Below, in pieces: positions 18,935 to 26,575 of a stretch of 64,000 nt of DNA. Within the stretch, counting starts at the first letter, position 1. The number at the start of each line of letters is the position of its first letter. The notes under the pieces were generated by a model. It had not been told where the DNA came from and made no database searches. It was given only the letters and a program-made list of their open reading frames with translations. The position numbers were made by a program, and so were the translations under genes. This stretch comes from Gaiellales bacterium (GTDB lineage Bacteria; Actinomycetota; Thermoleophilia; Gaiellales; Gaiellaceae): contig JBBRYF010000010.1 of assembly GCA_038237925.1 (NCBI GenBank), positions 14,133 to 78,132 on the forward strand, given 5' to 3'.

Positions 18935-19614
18935 GCTGGGCCGACTGGATCCGGACCGTCGAGGTCGAGCCGTCGCTCTACGGAGCGGACTTCTCGCGCC
19001 TCGGCGAGCAGGTCCAGGTGCTGTTGCGCGCCGAGTGCCGTGTGTTCCATTTCGACGTCGGCGACGGCCACTTCGTCCCGCCCGTGACGACCGGGCCGAT
19101 CGTGCTGCAGTGGATCGCGCCCATCGTCCACCGCGAGGGCGGAGTGCTCGACTGCCACCTGATGGTCGAGAGCCCGGAGCGGCACATCGCCCAGTTCAAG
19201 GAGGCAGGCGCCGACAGCGTCACGGTCCACTTCGAGACCTGCCCGAACCTGCCGGGAGTCGTCGCGCTCGCCCGCGAGCATGGGCTCCAGGTGGGCATGG
19301 CGTTCAATCCCGAGACCGGCGTGGAGCAGGCTGCGGCCGCGGCACTGGAGTCCGGCGTCGACATCGTGCTCTGCATGAGCATCCACCCGGGCTATTCGGG
19401 TCAGGAGTTCATGCCCGAGGCGATCGAGCGCGTGCACGCGCTGCGCTCGCTCCTGCCGGCGTCGGTGCACGTACAGGTCGACGGAGGCGTCGGCCCGGCG
19501 AACATCCGTGAGCTGCACGAGGCGGGCGCGACGCTGTTCGTCGCCGCGACTGCGATCTTCGGGCGGGAGGATCTGCCCCGCGCCTTCCGGCGCCTCGTGC
19601 AGGCACTGGCGTGA
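18931..19614 (+). CDS. rpe: ribulose-phosphate 3-epimerase
   Basis: PSLYGADF, HFDVGDGHFVP, HLMV and VDGGV motifs. GTG 18931 overlaps the rsmB stop (GTGA). Confidence 0.9.
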   Translation: MSWADWIRTVEVEPSLYGADFSRLGEQVQVLLRAECRVFHFDVGDGHFVPPVTTGPIVLQWIAPIVHREGGVLDCHLMVESPERHIAQFKEAGADSVTVHFETCPNLPGVVALAREHGLQVGMAFNPETGVEQAAAAALESGVDIVLCMSIHPGYSGQEFMPEAIERVHALRSLLPASVHVQVDGGVGPANIRELHEAGATLFVAATAIFGREDLPRAFRRLVQALA

Positions 19615-20555
19615 GCCTCGAGCGGGCGCTCGAGCTCGCCGAGCGGGGCCGCGGCACTGTCGAGGGAACCCACCCGCTGGTCGGCGCGGTGCTGGTTCGT
19701 GACGGGGAGACCGTGGGCGAGGGTTTGTACGCGGGCCGCGGCTCGCCCCATGCGGAGGTGGCCGCGCTCGAGGAGGCGGGCGATCGCGCGCGCGGGGCGA
19801 CCCTGTTCGTCTCGCTCGAGCCCTGCTCGCATCACGGGACGACGTCGCCCTGTGCGGACGCGGTCGTGGAGGCCGGAGTTGCGCGCGTGGTCGCGGCTGT
19901 CGGCGACCCGAACCCGAAGGTCGACGGCCGCGGCTTCGAACGGCTGCGCTCGGCGGGGATCGAGGTCGAGGTCGCAGACCTGTGGGAGGCGCGGCAGCAG
20001 AACGAGGCGTGGCGGGTCTGGATTGCGCGCGGCCGGCCGTTCGTGACCTCTAAGGTCGCGATGACGTTGGATGGGCACGTGACGGTGCCGGGGTCGCGCT
20101 GGGTGTCGGGCGAGGAGAGCCGCCGGCGCGTGCACGAGCTGCGGGCGGCTTCCGATGCGGTCGCGGTCGGGATGGGCACGGTGCGAGCGGACGATCCGGC
20201 GCTGACGGCGCGGGGCGTGGGGGCCGAGAGGCAGCCGCGGCGTCTTGCGTTCGGTCGCGGCCCGCTGCCTGGCGGATCGGAGCTCGAGCTTCGGTCGGGG
20301 CCGCTCGAGGAGGAGCTGGCGGCGCTCGCGGACGACGAGGTCCGCTCGCTGCTGCTCGAAGGCGGCCCGACGCTGGCGGCGGCGTTTCTGGCGGCGGACC
20401 TCGTCGACAAGCTGCTGGTGTTCGTTGCGCCGGTGCTCGCGGGCGAAGGCCCAGCGGCGTTCGCAGGCCTGCCGGAGCCGCGCTGGCTTGGTCGTTTGTC
20501 GTCGGAGCCGGTCGGAGAAGACGTGTTGCTGACGGCCTATGTCCACGAGCCCTGA
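19611..20555 (+). CDS. ribD: bifunctional riboflavin-biosynthesis deaminase/reductase
   Basis: Deaminase zinc motifs HAEVAAL and PCSHHGTTSPC, followed by a reductase domain. GTGA overlap with rpe. Confidence 0.9.
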   Translation: MSLERALELAERGRGTVEGTHPLVGAVLVRDGETVGEGLYAGRGSPHAEVAALEEAGDRARGATLFVSLEPCSHHGTTSPCADAVVEAGVARVVAAVGDPNPKVDGRGFERLRSAGIEVEVADLWEARQQNEAWRVWIARGRPFVTSKVAMTLDGHVTVPGSRWVSGEESRRRVHELRAASDAVAVGMGTVRADDPALTARGVGAERQPRRLAFGRGPLPGGSELELRSGPLEEELAALADDEVRSLLLEGGPTLAAAFLAADLVDKLLVFVAPVLAGEGPAAFAGLPEPRWLGRLSSEPVGEDVLLTAYVHEP

Positions 20556-20746
20556 CACCCGTACGAGTACCGACGACCGCCTCGTGACGGTGATCTCGCG
20601 CTGGCTCGCCCGGCACGTGCCGACGAGGACTTGCTGACCGAGCTCGACCGTGCTGACGCGGGCGAGGGCCCTCGCGCTCGGCGGCTGAGCTTCCGACCGT
20701 CCCTTAGTACGGTTCACCCGGCCTCCTCCCCGAGGCGAGCGTATCT

Positions 20747-20819
20747 GTGAAGTCCGCGCGTGTCTGTGACCTCTAGTGACGAATCTGTGACGAGCGCACG
20801 CGGACGCCGGGGTTAGGCT
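20747..20819 (+). promoter_or_regulatory. array of TCTGTGA(C) repeats plus TAGGCT -10-like hexamer 6 nt upstream of the ribE GTG
   Basis: GTGAA at 20747; GTGAC at 20766, 20776 and 20787 (10-11 bp phasing); TAGGCT at 20814-20819. Confidence 0.45.
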
Positions 20820-20825
20820 TCCGCC

Positions 20826-21413
20826 GTGTTCACCGGGATCGTTCGCGAGCGCGGCCGGGTCGCGTCTGCCGTCCAGAATGGCGGCGGCGTTCATCTCCGG
20901 ATCGAGGCAGCGGAGACCGCGTCGGGCGTCGAGCCGGGAGACTCCGTCGCGGTCGCCGGCTGTTGCCTGACGGTCACGACGGCAGCCGACGGCGCCCTCG
21001 AGTTCGACGCCGTTCCGGAGACGCTTGCGCGAACGACCCTGGGCCGCCTCGAGCCCGGCTCGCACGTGAATCTCGAGCCGGCTCTCCGCGCGGGAGAGCC
21101 GCTCGGCGGCCATGTCGTCCAGGGTCACGTCGACGGCCGCGGCCGGGTGCTCGCGCTCCAGCCCGAGGGCGGCGGCGCTCGCCTCGGCATCCAGCTCGAA
21201 CCGGCCCTCCTCCGCTACTGCGTCGAGAAGGGCTCGGTGGCGATCGACGGCGTGTCGCTGACGATCGCGGCGCTCACCGAAGGCGGCGCCGAGATCGCGC
21301 TGGTGCCGTTCACGCTCGAGCACACGACGCTCGCCGACCTGCGCGCCGGCGACGAGGTGAACGTCGAGGTCGACCTGCTCGCGAAGTACGCCGAGCGGCT
21401 TGCCTCCCCGTGA
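20826..21413 (+). CDS. ribE: riboflavin synthase alpha chain
   Basis: MFTGIV... with the internal duplicated barrel (GDSVAVAGCCLTV / GSVAIDGVSLTI). Confidence 0.9.
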   Translation: MFTGIVRERGRVASAVQNGGGVHLRIEAAETASGVEPGDSVAVAGCCLTVTTAADGALEFDAVPETLARTTLGRLEPGSHVNLEPALRAGEPLGGHVVQGHVDGRGRVLALQPEGGGARLGIQLEPALLRYCVEKGSVAIDGVSLTIAALTEGGAEIALVPFTLEHTTLADLRAGDEVNVEVDLLAKYAERLASP

Positions 21414-22684
21414 CGGTTACGATCCGCCGCGAGATGGACACCACCGAGCGCGCCACCGCCTTCGCGACCGTCGACGAGGCGATCGAGGACATCCGCCACG
21501 GCAAGTTCGTCGTGGTCGTGGACGCGACCGACCGCGAGAACGAGGGCGACCTGACGATCGCGGCGCAGTTCGCGACCCCCGAGGCGATCAACTTCATGGC
21601 GACCCACGGCCGCGGGCTCATTTGCCTCTGCCTGACCGAGGAGCGTTGCGACGAGCTGCGCCTGCGCCCGATGACCGAGCGGAACGAGACGCCGTTCGGC
21701 ACCGCCTTCACCATCTCGATCGAAGCGCGCGAGGGGATCAGCACCGGCATCTCCGCGCGCGACCGCTCGCGCACGATCCAGGTCGCGATCGACCCGAGCA
21801 AGGGACCGGCCGACCTCGTCCAGCCGGGCCACGTCTTCCCGCTGCGAGCCCGCGCCGGCGGCGTGCTCCGCCGCGGCGGCCAGACCGAAGCCGCCGTCGA
21901 CCTCGCGCGGCTCGCCGGGCTCAATCCGGCAGGCGTCGTCTGCGAGGTCATGAACGACGACGGCACGATGGCCCGCGTCCCCGACTTGATCCGCTACTGC
22001 GAGCAGCACGAGCTGAAGCTGGTCACCGTCGCCGACCTGGTCGAGTACCGGCGGCGGCACGAGAAACTCGTCGAGCGCGTGACCTCGGTGCGGCTCCCGA
22101 CCGCGTACGGCGAGTTCACCGCGGTCTCGTTCCGCGAGAAGCTGAGCGGCAAGCACCACCTCGCGCTCGTGAAGGGCGACGTCGACGGGCTTCCCGACGT
22201 CCTCGTGCGCGTCCACTCCGAGTGCTTGACCGGCGACGTCTTCCACTCGCTCCGCTGCGACTGCGGCGAGCAGCTCGACCAGGCCCTGCGGCAGATCGCA
22301 GCCGAGGACCGAGGTGTCCTCCTCTACATGGCGCAGGAGGGCCGCGGGATCGGCCTGCTGAACAAGCTCCGCGCCTATGAGCTCCAGGAGCAGGGCCGCG
22401 ACACCGTCGACGCCAACCTCGAGCTCGGCTTCCCCGCCGACGCGCGCGAGTGGGGGATCGGTAACCAGATCCTCGCCGACCTCGGCCTCTCGACGATCCG
22501 GATCCTGACCAACAACCCGAAGAAGATCAGCGGGCTCGAGGGCTACGGGCTCACGGTCGTCGAGCAGGTGCCGATCGAGCTGGCGCCGAACGCAGAGAAC
22601 CGCAGCTACCTCATGGCCAAGCGCGACCGGCTCGGTCACCGGCTGCACCATCAGGACCTTCGCTTCGACCCGGAGAAGCCGTGA
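21410..22684 (+). CDS. ribBA: bifunctional 3,4-dihydroxy-2-butanone-4-phosphate synthase / GTP cyclohydrolase II
   Basis: DRENEGDL, GRGLICL, then the CH-II motif HSECLTGDVFHSLRCDCG. The GTG 21410 start overlaps the ribE stop; ATG 21434 is an alternative. Confidence 0.92.
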   Translation: MTVTIRREMDTTERATAFATVDEAIEDIRHGKFVVVVDATDRENEGDLTIAAQFATPEAINFMATHGRGLICLCLTEERCDELRLRPMTERNETPFGTAFTISIEAREGISTGISARDRSRTIQVAIDPSKGPADLVQPGHVFPLRARAGGVLRRGGQTEAAVDLARLAGLNPAGVVCEVMNDDGTMARVPDLIRYCEQHELKLVTVADLVEYRRRHEKLVERVTSVRLPTAYGEFTAVSFREKLSGKHHLALVKGDVDGLPDVLVRVHSECLTGDVFHSLRCDCGEQLDQALRQIAAEDRGVLLYMAQEGRGIGLLNKLRAYELQEQGRDTVDANLELGFPADAREWGIGNQILADLGLSTIRILTNNPKKISGLEGYGLTVVEQVPIELAPNAENRSYLMAKRDRLGHRLHHQDLRFDPEKP

Positions 22685-23373
22685 GCGACGGCTGGGATCA
22701 GCCGCCTCTCTCCTCGCCTCCGAGCGCGACGCCAGAGCCCGACGAGGAGCGGCGCGAGGACGTCCTCGACGCCGAGCCGGAGGAGGAGGCCGTCGAGCCG
22801 GAGGCCGAGCCCGCGGAGGACCTCCCGGCCGAGGAAGACGAGCTTCCGCGCTCCGGGATCGAGCAGCACGCGGCCGGAGAGCTGCGCATTCCCGACGGCT
22901 ACGGCGTGATCGAGGGCGAGCCGCTCGGCAACGGGCGCGCGGTCGGGATCGTCGTCGCCCGCTTCAACGGCGAGCTGACCGGGGAGCTGCTGTCCCGGGC
23001 GCTCGACGAGCTCGAGCGGCTGGGCGTCGGCCGTGAGGCGGTGACCGTGATTCCCGTGCCGGGCGCGTTCGAGCTGCCGCTCGCGGCGATGGCGCTCGCG
23101 AAGACGCGCCGATACTCGTGCATCGTCGCCCTCGGCGCGGTGATCCGTGGCGAGACGCCGCACTTCGAGTTCGTCGCGAGCGAGGCGGCGAGCGGTCTCC
23201 AGCTGGCCGGCCTCGAGACGGGCGTCCCGGTCGCCTTCGGCGTGCTCACTACCGAGACCGAGGAGCAGGCCCGCGCACGCCTAGACAAGGGCGCCGAGGC
23301 CGTGCGCACCGCACTCGAGATGGCCGACGTCTTCTCGCAGCTCCGCGCCGCGGCTGGAACCGCACAGGCTTAA
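22681..23373 (+). CDS. ribH: 6,7-dimethyl-8-ribityllumazine synthase with possible acidic N-terminal extension
   Basis: Core VGIVVARFN...VPGAFELP...ALGAVIRGETPHFEFV. The GTG 22681 start overlaps the ribBA stop. The in-frame GTG at 22906 would give a canonical-length protein. Confidence 0.9.
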   Translation: MSDGWDQPPLSSPPSATPEPDEERREDVLDAEPEEEAVEPEAEPAEDLPAEEDELPRSGIEQHAAGELRIPDGYGVIEGEPLGNGRAVGIVVARFNGELTGELLSRALDELERLGVGREAVTVIPVPGAFELPLAAMALAKTRRYSCIVALGAVIRGETPHFEFVASEAASGLQLAGLETGVPVAFGVLTTETEEQARARLDKGAEAVRTALEMADVFSQLRAAAGTAQA

Positions 23374-23375
23374 GC

Positions 23376-23402
23376 GGCCGCACCGGCAAAGCCGGCACGG
23401 CC
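23376..23402 (+). terminator. hairpin after ribH followed by T-rich stretch
   Basis: GGCCG-CA-CCGGC-AAA-GCCGG-CA-CGGCC followed by TCTTCTGG. Confidence 0.5.
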
Positions 23403-23452
23403 TCTTCTGGTCGGCGCCGCCGAGTCGGCGCCTTGGCTAGACTCCGCCGCCG

Positions 23453-23644
23453 ATGTCCAAGGTCTGCGCAATCTGCGGGAAGAAGCCCGGCTTCGGCAAC
23501 AACCGGAGCCATTCGATGGTGGCGACGAAGCGCCGCTTCAACCCGAACCTCCAGCGCGTTCGCATGCTGCTCGACGGCAAGGCGACCCGCGCGTACGTCT
23601 GCACGCGCTGCCTCAAGGCCGGCAAGGTCCAGAAGGCCGTCTAA
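23453..23644 (+). CDS. rpmB: 50S ribosomal protein L28
   Basis: 63 aa: [34 protein letters not shown]. Confidence 0.95.
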   Translation: MSKVCAICGKKPGFGNNRSHSMVATKRRFNPNLQRVRMLLDGKATRAYVCTRCLKAGKVQKAV

Positions 23645-23715
23645 AGCGCCGCCCAGGGCGGCTAGCCCTGCGCCTGACGGCGGGTGTGAAGCAAGCCCGC
23701 TTACGATCCTCAGGC

Positions 23716-25296
23716 ATGAGCGAGCTCGAGACCGTGCGCGGTCTCGCTCACGGAGCGCTCGACGCAATCGAGCTGAGCCGTGAGCGGATCGACGACCTGA
23801 ACGTCTATCCGGTGCCCGACGGGGACACCGGCACGAACATGACGCTGACCGTGCGCGGCGTCGTCGAGGCGCTCGACGCCTCCACCGCCGATGATCGCGC
23901 CACGCTCGCTCGTGAGGCGTCGCGTGCCGCGCTGATGGCGGCTCGCGGCAACTCGGGCGTGATCCTGTCGCAGATCGTGCGAGGCGCCGCCGACGTGCTC
24001 GTCGCCGCGGGAACCGTTGATTCGGAGCTCGTGGGACGGGCGTTCCGCGGTGCGAGCGACGAGGCGTTCGGCGCCGTCCGCAAGCCGGTCGAGGGAACGA
24101 TGCTGACCGTGATCCGCGCGCTTGCGGACGCTGCGGAGGCGGCGCCTCCGCTCGAGCCGCGCGAGCTGCTCACGCTGCTCGTCGAGCGCGGGGAGGAGGC
24201 CGTCGCCCGGACACCGGAGCAGCTCACCATCCTGCGCGAGGCAGGTGTCGTCGACGCGGGGGGCGCCGGGCTCGTCGAGCTCGTCCGCGGCCTCGCGGCT
24301 GCCGCTTCGGGCCACGCCATCGCTGCGCCGCAGACGGCCCGGGTCGCCGCGGTGGAGGCCGTCCACCAGGAGCCCTCGCAATACCGCTACTGCACGACGT
24401 TCGTCGTCGAGGGCGAGGCGCTCGACGCGAACGCGCTCGAGGACGACCTTGAGCGGCTGGGCGATTCGCTGCTCGTCGTGGGCGACCCTGGCGCGCTCAA
24501 GGTCCACGTCCATACCGACGACCCCGGAGCCGCTCTCACCCTCGGCACGCGGGCCGGGGCGATCGAGGGCGTCGAGATTGCGGACATGCATCGCCAGACC
24601 GAGCAGCGCGAGCAGCGGCTGCTGTCGTCGCTGCCGGGGGGCGCGTCGCGCTCGGCGGTCGTGGCCGTCGTCGCGGGAGCGGGCAACCGCCGGCTGTTCG
24701 AGGACCTGGGCGCCGAGCGGGTCTTCGAGGGCGGGCAGTCGATGAACCCCTCGACCGCGGACCTGCTCGAATCGATCGACGCGGTGGGGGCCGACGAGGT
24801 CGTGCTGCTGCCGAACAATTCGAACGTCGTGATGGCCGCGGAACAGGCGGCGCGAGTCGCGGGTCGGCCCGTGCAGGTCGTGCCGACCGAGTCGATCCAG
24901 GCCGGCCTCGCGGCGCTCGTCGCGTTCCACGGCGAGCGATCCGCTGAGGAGAACGCGAAGGCGATGACGGAGGCGCTCGCCGGGCTCGGGACGGGGGAGG
25001 TGGCGGTCGCTTCGCGAGACGCCATCACCGACGGCATCGCGGTGCGCGAGGGCGAGTACCTCGGCCTCCTCGAAGGCAACGCGATCACCGCCGGAGCGTC
25101 GTTCGACGACGTGGTGGGCGCGCTGCTCGAGCGGCTGCTGGCCCAGCCGCGTGATGTGCTCACGCTGCTCAGCGGCGAGGAGGCGCCGCCGCTCGACGGT
25201 GTTCTCGAAGGGCTTGCCGAAAGTCACCCCGAGCTCGAGCTGGACGTGCACGAGGGCGGACAGCCGCACTACCCGTTGCTCATGTCCGCGGAGTAG
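23716..25296 (+). CDS. DAK2-domain fusion protein (YloV / fatty-acid kinase FakA-like)
   Basis: N-terminal DhaL/DAK2 motif PVPDGDTGTNM and ARGNSGVI; long C-terminal YloV-type domains. ATG 23716 is preferred over the upstream 23686. Confidence 0.8.
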   Translation: MSELETVRGLAHGALDAIELSRERIDDLNVYPVPDGDTGTNMTLTVRGVVEALDASTADDRATLAREASRAALMAARGNSGVILSQIVRGAADVLVAAGTVDSELVGRAFRGASDEAFGAVRKPVEGTMLTVIRALADAAEAAPPLEPRELLTLLVERGEEAVARTPEQLTILREAGVVDAGGAGLVELVRGLAAAASGHAIAAPQTARVAAVEAVHQEPSQYRYCTTFVVEGEALDANALEDDLERLGDSLLVVGDPGALKVHVHTDDPGAALTLGTRAGAIEGVEIADMHRQTEQREQRLLSSLPGGASRSAVVAVVAGAGNRRLFEDLGAERVFEGGQSMNPSTADLLESIDAVGADEVVLLPNNSNVVMAAEQAARVAGRPVQVVPTESIQAGLAALVAFHGERSAEENAKAMTEALAGLGTGEVAVASRDAITDGIAVREGEYLGLLEGNAITAGASFDDVVGALLERLLAQPRDVLTLLSGEEAPPLDGVLEGLAESHPELELDVHEGGQPHYPLLMSAE

Positions 25297-25305
25297 GCTC
25301 GAAAA

Positions 25306-25689
25306 ATGAAGGAGCCGATCCGGGTCGTCCTGGTCGAGGACAACGACGTCTTTCGCGAGGCGCTCGAGCTGCTGCTCGGCCTGCGCACCGACATGGAGGT
25401 CGTCGCGTCGGTGTCTGACGGCGCGCAGGCGGCGGCCGTCGCCGCGGAGATGCGGCCAGACGTCGTGCTGATGGACTACCGCCTGCCGGGCCTCGACGGG
25501 GTGCAGGCGACCCGGGCGGTGCGCGCGGCATGCCCGTCGGCGGCCGTCGTGTGCCTGACCGCCTCGGCGAACCTGCGCGAGCGCGATGCGCTCACCGACG
25601 CCGGCGCTGTTGCGTGCCTGCGCAAGGACGACGGCCTCGACGCAATCGTCGCTGCGATCCACTCGGCCGCCCGGGCCGAGGCCGCGTGA
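25306..25689 (+). CDS. single-domain response regulator (receiver only, NarL-type fold, no output domain)
   Basis: 127 aa with E11-D12, phospho-acceptor D57 (VVLMDYRLPGLDG), T85 (CLTAS) and K107 (CLRKD). It stops just after the last helix, and its TGA overlaps the GTG of the DegV gene. Confidence 0.85.
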   Translation: MKEPIRVVLVEDNDVFREALELLLGLRTDMEVVASVSDGAQAAAVAAEMRPDVVLMDYRLPGLDGVQATRAVRAACPSAAVVCLTASANLRERDALTDAGAVACLRKDDGLDAIVAAIHSAARAEAA

Positions 25690-26549
25690 AGCTGACCGCC
25701 GCGAACACGGCGATCGTCCTCGACTCGACCGCGGACTTCCCGGAGGCGCCGCAGCGGTTCCCGAGCTGGCGCGTCGTTCCGCTGTACGTCCGCTTCGGCG
25801 ACGAGAGCTTCCGCGACTACGTCGAGCTCGACCCGGAGACCTTCTATGCCCGCCTGAGCGACGCGCCGGAGACCCCGACGACCTCCCAGCCGACACCCGG
25901 CGACTTCCTCGCCGTCTACGAAGGGCTCGCCGGCTACGAAAGGATTCTCTCGCTGCACATCGCCGGGAAGCTCTCGGGCACGATCGAGAGCGCGCGCGTG
26001 GCGGCGCGTGAGCTCGGCGGGGACCGCGTTCGTGCGATCGACTCCGAGAGCGCCTCGGCTGCGATCGCGATGCTCGGCCTCGCGATCCAGCGCCGGCTCG
26101 AGAGCGGCACGACCGACGAGGAGGTCAATGCGTTGGTCGAGCGCTACCAGCGCGACGCCGGCCTGCTGTTCAACGTCGAGACGCTCGCGTACCTCGCGCG
26201 CGGCGGGCGCATCGGCCGGGCGAGCGCGTGGGCCGGGGAGCTTCTGAACATCAAGCCGATCCTCTCGATCCGGGACGGGGAGGTGCTGCCGGTGAAGCGC
26301 GTGCGAGGCAACCGCAAGGCGTTCCTCGAGTTCGCGACCGCGTTCGAGGAAGGGACGACCGACGCTCCGAGCTTGCGCGTCGGGATCGCTCACGCCGACG
26401 CGCCGGAGCGGGCAGAGGCGCTGCGTAAGCTGGTCGAAGATACGCGGCCGGCGGCCGAGATCGAGCTCGTCACGACGCTCGGCCCGGTCGTCGGCGCCCA
26501 TGCGGGGCCGGGGACGGTCGGCTTCTTCTGGTTCGACGACGCGGTGTGA
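25686..26549 (+). CDS. DegV-family fatty-acid-binding protein (FakB-like)
   Basis: IVLDSTADFP, TSQPTPGDF, SGTIESAR, LARGGRIG, GPVVGAHAGPG. Confidence 0.85.
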   Translation: MKLTAANTAIVLDSTADFPEAPQRFPSWRVVPLYVRFGDESFRDYVELDPETFYARLSDAPETPTTSQPTPGDFLAVYEGLAGYERILSLHIAGKLSGTIESARVAARELGGDRVRAIDSESASAAIAMLGLAIQRRLESGTTDEEVNALVERYQRDAGLLFNVETLAYLARGGRIGRASAWAGELLNIKPILSIRDGEVLPVKRVRGNRKAFLEFATAFEEGTTDAPSLRVGIAHADAPERAEALRKLVEDTRPAAEIELVTTLGPVVGAHAGPGTVGFFWFDDAV

Positions 26550-26575
26550 GCCGCGCCGCTTCCTAGACTGAGCGC

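Noticed and set aside
20556-20825. An FMN (RFN) riboswitch was expected upstream of ribE.
   Set aside because: None of the conserved RFN core strings could be found by eye on either strand. This is reported as an absence that cmsearch should verify, not as a feature.
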